Assembly: GCA_030390025.1 (NCBI GenBank)
Contig: CM059431.1
Location: forward strand, 116,934,001-116,998,000
Length of the DNA: 64,000 nucleotides
Reading direction: 5' to 3'
Source: Squalus acanthias
Lineage: Eukaryota
The notes beneath the pieces are model-generated. The model did no database searches. It saw only the letters and a program-made list of their open reading frames with translations, and was not told the DNA's origin. Of this stretch, positions 11,321 to 23,730 are shown piece by piece. Position numbers and translations under genes: made by a program. Within the stretch, counting starts at the first letter, position 1. Every line of letters starts with the position of its first letter.

Positions 11321-12454
11321 AGTGCCTATTTGTACAGAGCCTGTGAGAGTGCAAATAGCCAGTAGAAATGTAATAGACTTGCCCCTTATCAGTCTGATTG
11401 CAACACATGTACTTCCTCTGTCAATTTTGGAACTAATGTTGCACATGCAGTTTACACTTCTACTGAATCTGTGCCTATACTACAGGAATGATGTATAGCT
11501 TCTCTTTGCACCTATGATGCAAGAATAACACCACGGCCTGGAAACTGCGTAATACCCTATATTTTTTTGCAGAATGCTTGTCTGCCTACTAAATCCCAAG
11601 ATTTCTGTTCTGTCCATCATATGCGAATCATGCTAGTTCCCACCCGTTCTGTGTGCTAGCCAATGGAGCATCTGTACCTAGTAAGCAGCTGAGCGGCATT
11701 TAAGAGGCTTGAGCAGCTGGGAGGCTGAAGATAAAAAAAATTCCGTGGGCACATAGCAGATTTATTTTTATGTATGAAATGCTAACTGGCTACCTGCATC
11801 GAAGAAAACAAAAAGACATGGATGGAAAACTGATGCAGCAAAAAAAAAACACTGTACTTAACAACTCCTGAAAAAAAAACACAGGTAAATAAATTGACTT
11901 CACATTTAAGTGATATTTATCTCAAGAACACAATCAAGTAGTATTAAGACAATTATGTGTTTGGATGTTAACCTGTAGAAATAATCCCCTCAAGGACAAT
12001 CTCAAAAGAAAGCAGCACATTAATCACAGTATTAATCAAGGTTGTACTACAAATCCCACTGGACAAGTGCAACGCTCTAGTATGGTGGAGAGTGGCTACA
12101 CGCAGGCAGATTGATTTTGGAATCAACCTGTTCAGTTCACCTTGCACAGCGTATTACATGTGACAACACAAAAAGACCAAAGCAACCTGCACAACATGTC
12201 CTTCAGGTTTTCAGGGATGGCTTTGTAGAGAATCCTACTCCGGCTGTCTTCCTTCCTGTTGTCATCTGGCCTTAGTTGCCCTCCTTGATAATAGCTCTTA
12301 TGAATAATCTGATTTTGTCTCTTTCTATTCCTCAAAGCAATCTCATCCTCATGTTCCTCTTTCTGAGCAAGCATAATGATTTACTTCTTACCCATGATCA
12401 TCAGTGGATTATTCAGGTCAACCAAGGTTAGAGGGTCGAGGCTAATGGAACTAA

Positions 12455-12680
12455 CATGGGAGAGTAGGAAGGGGAGAAGGAGGAGGAATAGGAGGAGGCA
12501 AATAGGAAGGGGAGGGAGAGATATAAGGTGGGGGAAGGGGGAAAGGAAGGAAATTTGGAGAAGAGGAGGTGAGGAGGGTGAGGCAGAGGGGAAGGGGAGT
12601 ATGGAGGGGAGAAAGAAGACAATGAGAGAGGAGGGAAGAGGGGTGGAGCGAGGAAGGGAAAGATGAGTAGGTAGAATTCA
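12455..12680. repeat. Purine-rich (GA) low-complexity tract
   Basis: Almost exclusively G and A on the plus strand. Confidence 0.8.
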
Positions 12681-12950
12681 GATCATCAAGGGTAAGGGGA
12701 TTGCATGGTACAACCAGCTATTGGGGGAGGAGAAATGCAGATAGTGGGTTGGGGGTGAGGTGAAGGGAATTCTGTTGATGGGAAATGCAGTCGGGGGATT
12801 AAAGCAAAGTAATGGTAACCTGTAAAAGGGCAACAGTAGCCAGTTGAGGTTAGGGGAAAAGTATTTGGAAGCCAATGGGTGAGTTGGAAATGCACCTTGA
12901 AGGAAGAGGTAAGGGGTTGAAATCTTGTTCATCATGGGGGAGGGGGCATT

Positions 12951-13060
12951 GATGGGCTGGGAGCTTGCTTAGTTGGGGCTAGGTGGTTGATGGGCCAGGA
13001 GCTTGCTTAGTTGGATGAGTGGTTGATGGGTCAGGAGCTTGCTTAGTCAGGGTGGGTGGG
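12951..13060. repeat. Minisatellite, three units of about 36 bp
   Basis: gatggg...ggagcttgcttagt..g...gtggtt three times. Confidence 0.8.
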
Positions 13061-13519
13061 GTTGGGGGCTTTCACAATTGATTACTTTTAGATTTTATTT
13101 AAGATTCAAAATCTATAACATTTGGGTTTTCAACTGACCAGCCAGATCCCACTTCCTAAAAGCACCGCTCCCAGATTCTCTCCCACCTAAGCACTGTTCC
13201 CAGCCTTATTTCCATTACTAAGTGGCACTGATGGCTTCTCCCCTCCTCAAATGCTGCTGGCTTTTCTCTTCTCTCATCAAACCCAGCAGAGTCTCTCTCT
13301 CTCCCCCTGCCACCCCCCACCACCCCCCCTCAGCAAGTACTTCTGGTTTCTCTTTCTCTCTCTTCTTCCTCCCCACTTTTAGGGTTTGCCCTGCCATTTC
13401 CCCTTCTCTCTCCCAGAAAGGCTCTACTCTTTGCCTTCCCTCTCAAACTCAGAACTGGGGCTCCTCTCCCCCAAGTGCTGCCCCAGAGTTCCTACTTGCT
13501 TGTGCTCCTGCTTTCATAT

Positions 13520-13790
13520 AACTCAGCGCGTTGTTGTGATCTGGAATGCTCTGCCTGACAGGGTGATGGAAGCAGATTCAGTCGTAACTTTCAAAAGGGA
13601 ATTGGATAAATACTTAACAAAGAAGTTGCAGCGCTATGGTGGTCATGAAAGGCGCTATATGAATGCAAGTCTTTCTTTCTTTCTTCTTTCTTTATGGTTA
13701 AAGAGCAGTGGAGTTGGATTAATTGGTAGCTTTTTCAGAGAGCCGGCACAGGCATGATTGGCCAAATGTCCTCCTTCTGTGCTGTATGAG
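13520..13790 (+). mobile_element. CR1 3' end carrying an inserted SINE tail (13641-13692)
   Basis: TQRVVVIWNALPDRVMEADS; insert ggtcatgaaaggcgctatat..(cttt)n flanked by tatggt at 13635-13640 and 13693-13698. Confidence 0.75.
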
Positions 13791-14039
13791 ACTAATTGAT
13801 GGCACTGTACACTGTGAGCAGAAATACATAACTTAACCATCAATCACAGCAGGAGCACGGGCAGGTAGGAATTGGGAGAGGTACTTGGAGGTGGCCCTGG
13901 TCTGCATTGATTTTAGTCAGGAGCAAGTTTAAAACAAAGGGACGTTGGAGTCACTGCAGGCAGTGTACACTAGCAAAATAGGTGGCAATAGCCTAAGGTT
14001 GAAATGGGAGTGCTACCTCCAACAAGGCTGGTTCCATAG

Positions 14040-14385
14040 TGGACTACCATGCTGCATTGTCATAGATACTGTATTCAGATGAAACAACCTGAAGCCTTTC
14101 TTCCTGTTCACGTGCACATTAAAGACCTCATAAACTGATTTCAAGAAGACAATAGCATATTTCCAGTGTACTGGTCAACATTCCACCAGAAACAACACTA
14201 CCAAAAGTACAGATTACCTGGTCATTCATCATGTAGTTTGTGGGATATTACTGCAAATAAAATAGCTATGACATTTATCCACATAATGATAATCACTACA
14301 CTTTAAAGTAAATTATTGTACATGGGGTGCTTTGAGATGTTTCTGAAAGAAGTGACAATGTACTATATTATTGCAAGTCAGTATC
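14040..14385 (+). mobile_element. Old degenerate Deu-domain SINE
   Basis: cagatgaaac..acagattacctggtcatt..ctacactttaaagta..tgctttgagatg. Confidence 0.55.
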
Positions 14386-14469
14386 TGACTCACCCCTTGT
14401 TAAACACTTTGGGACATTTCACTATTTTAAAGGAGCTATGTACTGAAAGGTTAGGAGATTTTTTTTATA

Positions 14470-14702
14470 TTCAGAGGGTTAAGATCATTTTCTTTATATA
14501 GAGGGCTGCTAGGACATGGAATGTGCCATTAAAATTAGTGGTAAAGCAAAATCCCTAATAGTTTTTAAAAGGGAAGTGGATAAATATTTGAGAAAAAAAA
14601 ATTGGAAGAGCAGGGGACTGGGACAAAGTGCATAGCTCTTCCTGATAGCTGGAACAGACACAATGGGCTGAATAGTTCCCGACAGTACTGTAAGGTTCTA
14701 TA
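14470..14702 (+). mobile_element. CR1 3' end fragment
   Basis: cagagggtt..tttaaaagggaagtggataaatatttga..gggctgaatag..ctgtaaggttctat. Confidence 0.65.
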
Positions 14703-16078
14703 GCACAACTCATTGTTGCAGGAGCCAGTGGAAAATTAAAAATGCTGAGAGATGGTGGCTGGGCATGACACACAAACAGAGAAAAACATGTGCTGCAGAA
14801 GCTAAGAAGAACCTCAGAGCCAAATTTAATTTGGAAACTCAAACAAATATGAGTATTCAAAATCCTCCATCTCCAGCACCTGAACAATCATGTTTTGAAA
14901 AATATAATTGGTTTCCACATTCTACAATCTGGGACAAAGCCACTTTCAGAATTGTTTTCTAAATCACCAGCCTTTTACGACAATTATTTTATCAATCACT
15001 CTCTTTCCCTTTCTTTCTTTTCCAGTGTTGATATAGTTTCAATTGCCATAAGGCCATTTTCCCCTGCTCTTCAGCTTTTCAATGCAGTGAAAATTGGGCA
15101 CTTTGATGCTTTTTCATTAGGTGTGATGGAATAATTAGTGTTTTGACCCTTTTGTCTATTGTAGGGGAGGTTTGAAAGCACTCTACTCACTGCACTTTCT
15201 AAAGTAACATTAGTGTAACTACCACATGCTGAAGCCTCCTGAGTTTCATCATATCCTGAAAATAAAATGTTTTCAATACGGTTCTATGAAGAACAAAGAG
15301 GATAAATTAAAAACAATGCCAAAGACATAAGCAGGAGTTATCATTAAAAGAGACTTGTTTACTACTGTGGTTCAGGTCAGCTTGGGGCAAAGTAATTACA
15401 TTAAATGTCAGAATTGCGCCTCCGTTAAAAAAACGTTCTCCCCTACACTGTACAAAAGGGTCAAAATACTAATTATTCTATCGCACCTAATAAAAAAAAT
15501 CAAAGTGCCCAATTTTCATTGCAAGCGTTGCCAGTAGTAACGTCCTGTCGACCAAACTGTTCTTCAGCTCATGCACCTTCCAATTATGGTTTGGAATCCA
15601 ACTTCACTTCCACAGTCCCTACCCCAGACTCTCAACACCAGGCAACCTTATACCTAGTTCCGATGTATGGACAACCTCTAGTGTTTTTTTTTTAAATTTC
15701 CACGTGCTACTAGTCTTGATATTCTGATTCCATGCACAATAATCTGTCTAATTAACATGAGTCTCAGTCTTTGAATTATGTTGATAGCTTGTTAAAATTC
15801 ACAAGTTAATTCCTTTATTAATTCCATCTTTTAGTGCCTTGATGACTTGTTCTAGGCTTAGCTCCAATTCATAGCTTATTCCAATCTTCTGGTTCTGTGA
15901 TGCTCACATGGGCCATTTACTCTGAATGGCCTCTTAGGAGTCAGCCAACATACAGCTATTACCCCCGTCCTAAAAATACTTTTGTGAGGCATGCTTTAGA
16001 CTGGAGGATACTGCCTGACCTAATCAAAATTGAGAGGTCGCACAACACCAGGTTATAGTCCAACAGTTTTATTTGAAA

Positions 16079-16120
16079 TCACAAGCTTTCGGAGCTATCG
16101 ATCGCCCCTTCCTCAGGTGA
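16079..16120 (-). ncRNA. Minimal hammerhead ribozyme motif
   Basis: UCAC-CUGAGGA-A-GGGGC-gaucgaua-GCUCC-GAAA-GC-UU-GUGA on the minus strand. Confidence 0.78.
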
Positions 16121-16438
16121 AGTAGTAAAGAAATACAGACTCGACAAAGCATATATAGATAGAGAACAATGCATGTGTACCTTACAATTGCAGACAACTA
16201 AATTAAATCATCCTGACTATCTGCCGAGGTGTGATAAAGTTAATCAGGTCAGCCAGGAAGGTACCACATCAAAGACATAGCAAGATACAACTGAGACAGG
16301 GGGTCTAATGAGTCAAAAGCTGCCGTCTGTATGTAAAACGATAAGCTGTAAAAATTGTTTACTTTTTTACTGGGAAAATTTTTACTTTTTTACTGGGAAT
16401 CACATCTGTGAACAAGCCAACGACGACTCGAGTCCGGA

Positions 16439-17890
16439 TCACGTCATGTATCGTGACATAAACCCAAGATCCCGGTTGAGACCGTCTTCATGAGTGCGGA
16501 ACTTGGCTATCAGTTTCTGCTCGATGATTTTGCGCTGTCGTGTGTTCCTAAGGTTGCCTTGGAGAACGCTTACCCGCAGATCCGAGGCTGAATGTCCTTG
16601 ACTGCTGAAGTGTTCCCCGACTGGGAGGTAACAATCCTGCCTGGTGATTGTTGCGCGGTGCTCGTTCATACGTTGTCTCAGTGTCTGCATGGTCTCGCCG
16701 ATGTACCATGCCACGGTGCATTCTTTCCTGCAACGTATGAGGTAGACAACGTTGGCCGAGTCACATGAGTATGTACCATGTACCTGGTGGGTAGTGTCCT
16801 CACGTGTGATGGTGGTATCTGTGTTGATGATCTGGCATGTCTTGCAGAGTTTGCCGTGGCAGGGTTGTGTGGTGTCGTGGTCGCTGTTATCCTGAAAGCT
16901 GGGTAATTTGCTGCGAACGATGGTACTTCTGAGGTTAGGCGGCTGTTTGAAGGCAAGTAGTGGAGGCATGGGGATGGCCTTAGCGAGGTGTTTGTCGTCA
17001 TCGATGACATGTTGAAGGCTGCGAAGAACATGGCGTAGTTTCTCCGCTCCGGGGAAGTACTGGATGACGTAGGGTACCCTGTTGGTTGTGTCCCGTGTTT
17101 GCCTTCTGAGGAGGTCTATGCGATTTTTCGCTGTGGCCCGTCGGAACTGTCGATCGATGAGTCGAGCATCATATCCCGTTCTTACGAGGGCGTTTTTCAG
17201 CGTCCGTAGGTGTCCATCGCGTTCCTCCTCGTCTGAGCAGATCCTGTGTATTCGCAGGGCTTGTCCATAGGGGATGGCTTCTTTAACGTGGTTAGGGTGG
17301 AATCTGGAGAAGTGGAGCATCGTGAGGTTGTCCGTGGGCTTGCGGTAGAGTGAAGTGCTGAGGTGTCCGTCTTTGATGGAGATTCGTGTGTCCAGGAATG
17401 AAACCGATTCTGAGGAGTAGTCCATGGTGAGTTTGATGGTGGGATGGAACTTGTTTATGTTATCGTGTAGTCTTTTCAGTGATCCTTCGTCATGGGTCCA
17501 AAGGAAGAAAATGTCGTCGATGTATCTGGTGTACAGTGTTGGCTGGAGGTCCTGTGCAGCGAGGAAGTCTTGCTCGAACTTGTGCATGAAGATGTTGGCG
17601 TATTGGGGTGCGAATTTGGTCCCCATGGCTGTTCCGTGTGTTTGGGTAAAAAAATGGTTGTCGAAGGTGAAGACATTGTGGTCAAGGATGAAGCGGATGA
17701 GTTGTAGGATGGCGTCTGGAGATTGGCTGTTGTTGGTGTTGAGTACTGAGGCTGTCGCAGCGATGCCGTCATCGTGGGGGATACTGGTGTAGAGTGCCGA
17801 TACGTCCATCGTGGCGAGGAGTGTTTCTGGTTCAACTGGTCCGTGGGTGCTGAGTTTCTGTAAGAAGTCTATAGTGTCGCGACAGAAGCT
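16439..17890 (-). CDS. Penelope RT plus GIY-YIG endonuclease (open frame, N-terminus missing)
   Basis: DVSALYTSIP, GTAMGTKFAPQYANIFM, RYIDD, FLD, YRKPT, NVVYLIRC..WYIGET, RMNEH, GLN. Confidence 0.9.
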   Translation of the reverse strand, partial: SFCRDTIDFLQKLSTHGPVEPETLLATMDVSALYTSIPHDDGIAATASVLNTNNSQSPDAILQLIRFILDHNVFTFDNHFFTQTHGTAMGTKFAPQYANIFMHKFEQDFLAAQDLQPTLYTRYIDDIFFLWTHDEGSLKRLHDNINKFHPTIKLTMDYSSESVSFLDTRISIKDGHLSTSLYRKPTDNLTMLHFSRFHPNHVKEAIPYGQALRIHRICSDEEERDGHLRTLKNALVRTGYDARLIDRQFRRATAKNRIDLLRRQTRDTTNRVPYVIQYFPGAEKLRHVLRSLQHVIDDDKHLAKAIPMPPLLAFKQPPNLRSTIVRSKLPSFQDNSDHDTTQPCHGKLCKTCQIINTDTTITREDTTHQVHGTYSCDSANVVYLIRCRKECTVAWYIGETMQTLRQRMNEHRATITRQDCYLPVGEHFSSQGHSASDLRVSVLQGNLRNTRQRKIIEQKLIAKFRTHEDGLNRDLGFMSRYMT

Positions 17891-18190
17891 GTGATTCCCA
17901 GTAAAAAAGTAAAAATTTTCCCAGTAAAAAAGTAAACATTTTTTTACAGCTTATCGTTTTACATACAGACGGCAGCTTTTGACACGTTAGACCCCCTGCG
18001 ACTCCACCTCATTGTCTCAGTTGTATCTTGCTATGTCTTTGATGTGGTACCTTCCTGGCTGACCTGATTAACTTTATCACACCTCGGCAGATAGACAGGA
18101 TGATTTAATTTAGTTGACTGCAATTGTAAGGTACACATGCATTGTTCTCTATCTATATATGCTTTGTCGAGTCTGTATTTCTTTACTACT

Positions 18191-18232
18191 TCACCTGAGG
18201 AAGGGGCGATCGATAGCTCCGAAAGCTTGTGA
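18191..18232 (+). ncRNA. Minimal hammerhead ribozyme motif
   Basis: tcac-ctgagga-a-ggggc-gatcgata-gctcc-gaaa-gc-tt-gtga. Confidence 0.78.
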
Positions 18233-18364
18233 TTTCATATAAAACTGTTGGACTATAACCTGGTGTTGTGCGACCTCTCAATTTTGTCCACCCCAGTCCA
18301 ACACCGGCATCTCCGCATCATGACCTAATCAACACAGAGTTTCGGAAGTCTGTATTTCCCTGCA

Positions 18365-19370
18365 TGCTGTGGAGTTTTAACTTTTTTCTTTGACAAAAAC
18401 CCCGCCTGGAAATCAGTCTGATTGACAGGTTTGGCTTCCAGTCAGGCGGGGAGCACTCCAGAACAGGCCGCAGCTGCAGTTACGGAGCGTGCAGCTGCTA
18501 ATGGGAGCGTGGGGGGCCCAATCCCCGATCCTGGGGGGAGGTCCAATCCCCAACCCTGGGGTCTTTGTATGGGGGCTGGACTGAAGGTTGGGGGGTGTCC
18601 TATCCAGGGGAAAAAGGTAAGATTGGGGGACCGAGGGCAAGTACTCCTGCTCCTCCTGGTCCACAAGCAGTGCTGTAAATGCATTTACCTTCTCCTAGAA
18701 GCTGTCCTTGCCTCTCTTGAGCTGCCAGGTTTCCCAAGGCCTGGGAAACCCGGCCGGACAGAATTAAACCTGCAAAGCAGAAAAGACATTAAACCAAGGC
18801 ACTACCTGCCCTCTCAAGTGAACATAAAAGATCCCATGGCACTATTCAAAGAAGAACAGGGGAGTTATCCCCAGTGTCCTGGCCAATATTTATCCTTCAA
18901 CCAACATCACTAAAACAGATTTCCTGGTCATTCTCATATTTATCCCTCAATCACCATCACTAAGAAAAACCTAAATTATCTGGTCATTATCAGATTGCTG
19001 TTGTTGGGAGCTTGCTGTGCTTAGATTGGCTGCCGCGTTTCCTACATTGCAACAGTGACTACACTTCATAAAAGTACTTTGTTGATTGTAAAGCGCTTTG
19101 GGACCTTGAAAAGTCCCTAGGTCGTGAAAGGCGCTATATAAATTAAAGTCTTTCTTCTTTCTTTTAAATCTGTTGCTGCCAGCCGCATTAAAATATTGAA
19201 ATTGCCAACCCTCCTCCTGGGAGCGAGTTGCCTACCCATCCCATCTCACCTCCGTTAAAGTTGGAAGTGGGCAGGTTAGAGGTGGGTTGGGGTCGGGTTT
19301 GAGATTTTAAAAATGTTAATATCTCACCCGACTCCAACCCACTTGTTTTTGGGGGTTGAAATTCACCCCA
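18365..19370. mobile_element. Harbinger-type non-autonomous element with an internal SINE piece
   Basis: Right end gggggttgaaattcacccc resembles the inverted left end of 43653-43900; left boundary uncertain. Confidence 0.45.
18798..19163 (+). mobile_element. Deu-domain SINE, 5'-truncated, with an internal duplication
   Basis: aaaagatcccatggcactatt..gcgctatataaa..tctttctt. Confidence 0.8.
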
Positions 19371-19540
19371 GACTTTCTCCCAGAATGAACTCCGTGTCCA
19401 TTAAAAAATGTTTATGTGCTGTAACATACCAGGTATTCTGGAAAGATTGCATCCAAATAGTCATCATATGGGTAGGCTAATCTTTTGAGATTACTAAAAT
19501 GGTACAAAATTTGTATATTGACCAAGTGTCAAATCACAAA

Positions 19541-21054
19541 GGGCTAGAAATTCATTGTAGCCCAGGAATGGGCTGTATCTTTAGAAAAGTTCGAGAATTA
19601 GCGCCAGGTGCTAATGCTTTAGACTGCACGCAAAATTCATTCTCACAGCTCAAAGAAATGATTGGTGTACTAAATCAAGTCTTAAAGGCCTAGCTCAGTG
19701 GCATTACTCTCAAAGGGTGGACCAATATTGGGTGCAGTCTTATCTCAACTCATCATTGCCACAGGCTTTTCCCAGTACTGAAAGGGGAGGTTCATTGATA
19801 CTGCAGCACCTCATTCTCAGCATTGCTGGCTGTGTAGCTGCCTCAGCAAGGAGAAGCACAACAAGGAGAAGGAGCTGGAGGACTGAAACAGGTGTGCTCA
19901 TGGCAGGTCCACCTCAGTTGGGTGGTCAGGGTGATTGAATGCTTCAACAAATGCTACATACCACCATCTGTACCACAAGCTTCACACACTGACCAAAGCA
20001 CCAGACCCCCAGCGCTCACCTACCAACAATCTCTACCTACCAACACTCACACACACATCTCATGCCTTACACACAATGACAGCTATTCAACTATGGCAGA
20101 CACAAGGGTCATTAGTTATTAGAATTAATGTGATATGTGTGATATGTTTATGCATAAATTTATTCATGGAGTTTGCAATATTTTGTGGTCTCTCTCATTT
20201 CACCTTTGCACCCAGGAAGATGCTGTGATATGGCATGACACAGGAATGGAATGATGGGGATGTGGTGAGCAAATGGGATCTGGGGTTTAAGTCATCTTGG
20301 TGTGAGGCTGGAGGTCTGTTTGGAGGAGGTGGCAGAGTTCTGTGACCACCACCTTGGTGATGCGGAGCCATCTAATATACTGCTCGTTGCTTAATTGAAG
20401 GTAGGAGAAGTGCTGTCGGAATACCCTCGGAGGGTAAGGCCTCCTGGTGAAAGCCCCGATGTCCCTCCTCATCCCTCTGCGTACATGTTCCCGTATTTCT
20501 GGCTGCCGACGCTCCCTCCACCGTAGATCCTGGAGGGCGAGGTGGCATGCCAGTACAGCTCTCATTGTTGACAAGTGTAGCAGTTTGAATCTTTGAACAA
20601 TAAATATAGCCACTTTGCACTTGCCAGAAGACTGCTGATAAAAAAACTTTATATTACTCATACAAACTGCTAAACTGGCTGAAACTGACAAGAAGCCACT
20701 GAAACTAACCTGCCCTGACAGCTGTGAGTGATTAATGCTGATGCCTTTATATAACGTCGCTGGAGCTGGCTTCCATCAGCTGTGCGCCTGCTCTCCCTGA
20801 CGCTGTCTGATCAAGGTGCAAAGGTAAGTGGCGACAATGAATTTTCCAGATCGGGCGCCCAGACTCACTCACTGACGTCACGATCTGCCTGGTGTTGAAG
20901 TTCCTGGCGGTATCTCGTACCGGCGGCGCAACGGGGGGGGGGGCGGGGGTGGCGGATTTGTTGTGCAGCGCTGTATTCGCCTCGCCCCGGTGCTACTGCA
21001 TCAGCGCGCCGCTACCGCCCTCATGCAGGCGCTAACCTACCGCATTTTTACCCC
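19541..21054 (-). mobile_element. Decayed, internally deleted Harbinger
   Basis: Ends gggctagaaatt / catttttacccc with aaa on both sides; transposase N-terminal remnant RRPYPPRVFRQHFSY..VVTELCHLLQTDLQP at 20287-20566. Confidence 0.7.
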
Positions 21055-21134
21055 AAAATGTTTGTAGCATTGCATGGTACACATTGTTCAGCCTGAACTT
21101 GAACAGGACATTTGTTTTAATGTATAAAGATATT

Positions 21135-21988
21135 GGGGGAGAAATTCAGTATCACCCCATTTGGGGCGCAAATATTGGCCGGGCGCAAAGATTAGCGCCT
21201 GACGCTAATTATCGCCACTGACTGCAAACTTGACTTTTATCGCCCCTGGATGTGATTGGAGCGCTAAATCAAGCGCTTCACACCTGAGGAGCGAGGCGAA
21301 GCTCATGTGATGTCAGTCAGCAATGGAACACACACACAATGGCATGGGCCAGTTCTTAAAGGGGATGCTTGATCTTGCTTTCCATCCACATCCTGCTCAT
21401 TGCAGCCTTGAATCTCGGCCTGGAGAGACCTGCACATCAAATCTGCTGCAAAGAACAATGGAGAGTACCAGGGAAAGAGCTTAGAGTGCAGCCCCCACAG
21501 TCTCTTCTAAATCGATCAAGGAATGGCTAATCAAAATGAACCTGCAAAGTGCTGCTCAGTACCCAAAATTCCTTCACACAGCGTTGAATCTCTCCAGAAG
21601 TCTCTCTCTCTCTCTCTCAGAATGCGTGGTTCAAAAATGGCACCAACAATAAAAGGCAGGAAGCAGTCGGCTTTAAATAGCGTTCCCCCAGTCCCTTCAT
21701 GACTGCAAAACACTCCCCTCAACCTGTCGATGCTAGCGTCAGGCGGTAAGGCAGGGGGCGCCACTCAATATCTGCTCCGGGACGATACCGGGGCATTGCG
21801 CACTCGACTGACGTTACGATCTGCCAGCGCAGGAGATCGTGGGGGTAGTGTTTAGCGCCGCCGCAAAATGTCTAGTTAATTTCGCGAGCGGCGCAAACAT
21901 CGCCGCGCCTGGGCGCTAGATGATTTGCGCCCCATTAGCGCCCTCTTAAGGCGCTAACGGGAGGTGCAACCAACTGAATTTTTCCTCC
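21135..21988 (-). mobile_element. Non-autonomous deletion derivative related to the 6445-10679 Harbinger
   Basis: 21530-21988 is the inverse of 6445-6900 and 21135-21480 the inverse of 10300-10679; TSD att. Confidence 0.88.
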
Positions 21989-23730
21989 ATTTGATTTAAT
22001 GCGTAAGGAAACATTTGGTGAGAAAGAATGACTTTTGCAATGTCAGTTTTGAATAACTGCCATGATCAGCATCAACATATCATTTTAGAATCCTTGAGGA
22101 CATTGTTAATCAGCTGACAAATACACACAACACTTTGGGAAGAAATCTCCATCCACAGCCTCAGGAGTTTTAAACTTGCTACTAAGTGATGTCAAGTGCT
22201 ACCCAGATAAAAAGCCAAGCTTATTCAATTGGAAAAAAATAATTGTATTTACAGCTCCAACACTCTTATTAATGAAAGGAAGGGAACAAAAATGATTAGA
22301 GAACTCAAGGGAATCAAACATGCTAACTCCAATAAAACTGCTCATCAACCTCAACCTGACTGTGATAAAATATTCAAAAGTTAGAGTAAAATGCATTTTT
22401 ACTAAATTAGAATGCATAGTAAATATGAAAATAAAACTACAAACAAACCAAAGGGTAATCTATCCCTTAAGACTTGTTACTTTATTAAATTCTGTCTTTC
22501 TGAAGTGAATTTACACACCTAATTCTCCAAATGTTTGCTTCTCTCTGATTTGGTAGTTTAGTCATGATCAAACTAGATAGTTAAGCAGTGCTACAACATG
22601 GCATTTTTAATTTCCCTTGTTTTTTACCCTCTATTACCATAACTCCCCACCACTCTTTATCCTTTGAAAGTTTTGGTGGCCTGGGTCACTGATTTCCCAT
22701 TCCATGCCAGACAGCAGACTGTCCGCCTAAGTGAGACAACATTTGTATTGCTATTCTTTCACTGCCTGTGAGCACTCCAAGCCTTATAGTGCTTAGTCTA
22801 TTGAGCTGAAAGTTAAGCGGAAAAAAGACAACTTAGACCAAGTAATCGTGAGATAAAGCTAGGATTCACTGCTGGTCTTAAAACATTATTCTTGTCCCTG
22901 GAGATTATCTACCTCACCCTGATAAGCTAGAGAGAACTCAAAAGTTACAACCTAATTCAACTTGCCAATACCCATCTGCGGTCAGACCTGAACTGTGTCC
23001 AGAACCTGTCCCAGACAGTCTCTATTTCTTGACCTAGCTAGTCCCAGACTACCATTTCAATTCTTGACATATTTCCCAATTCGGTTCCAGTCACTAGCCA
23101 CATTCAGTCTTATCTTGACCATAAACAATAGCTCATCTCACAGGTCTATCTGAAGACAATTATTTCCTTCATTTATGCCAACACTTAGACCTTAACATCA
23201 AATCTCTGACTTCTTTTTCTCACTCTTTCCTTCAGGTATTGATATTTCCATATGCATTTTCAAAACTTGGCTGCAGTCATTCTAAATTCTTGAATTACAT
23301 TTGTCTCAGTAATTAATTTCCATTCATAAGGCATGTTGTCCCAGTCCCTGAATCCCATTCCTATCTCAAGGACATGGGCAGCCACATATATGCATACATA
23401 CCTAAAGTTTTAATGACTATCCTAAGTGAAAAACATTGAGAGATTTTAACCTGCAATAGAGGCCGCAATTTTATTAATGGAGTCGGGTTGGGTGCGGGTT
23501 TGAGGTTCGGCGGGTTCCGGTCCCGCCTCTGCTTTCAGCCGGCAAGAAACTGCGATTTTGCCTTAAGTGGCCTACTTAATGTGTCCGTGTGCGCTACCCG
23601 GCCCAATTAGTGGTTTCAGGTCTGCTGCTCGCCTCTGCTGACGTCTGTCAGCCAGCTGTATTTAAGGGGCCCATGCAGCATTGTTACAAATCCATTCTTT
23701 CCTGCTGCTTCTCCTTTTGAAATTGTTCCC

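Larger units (their letters stand above)
16028..18320 (-). mobile_element. Penelope-like retroelement (GIY-YIG type), 5'-truncated, with inverted pseudo-LTR
   Basis: RT+GIY-YIG ORF; 16028-16410 is the inverse of 17891-18285; 12-bp TSD tgacctaatcaa at 16016-16027 and 18321-18332. Confidence 0.93.

Noticed and set aside
12132..12666. Short ORFs as host exons
   Set aside because: No recognisable domain; partly purine-rich low complexity.
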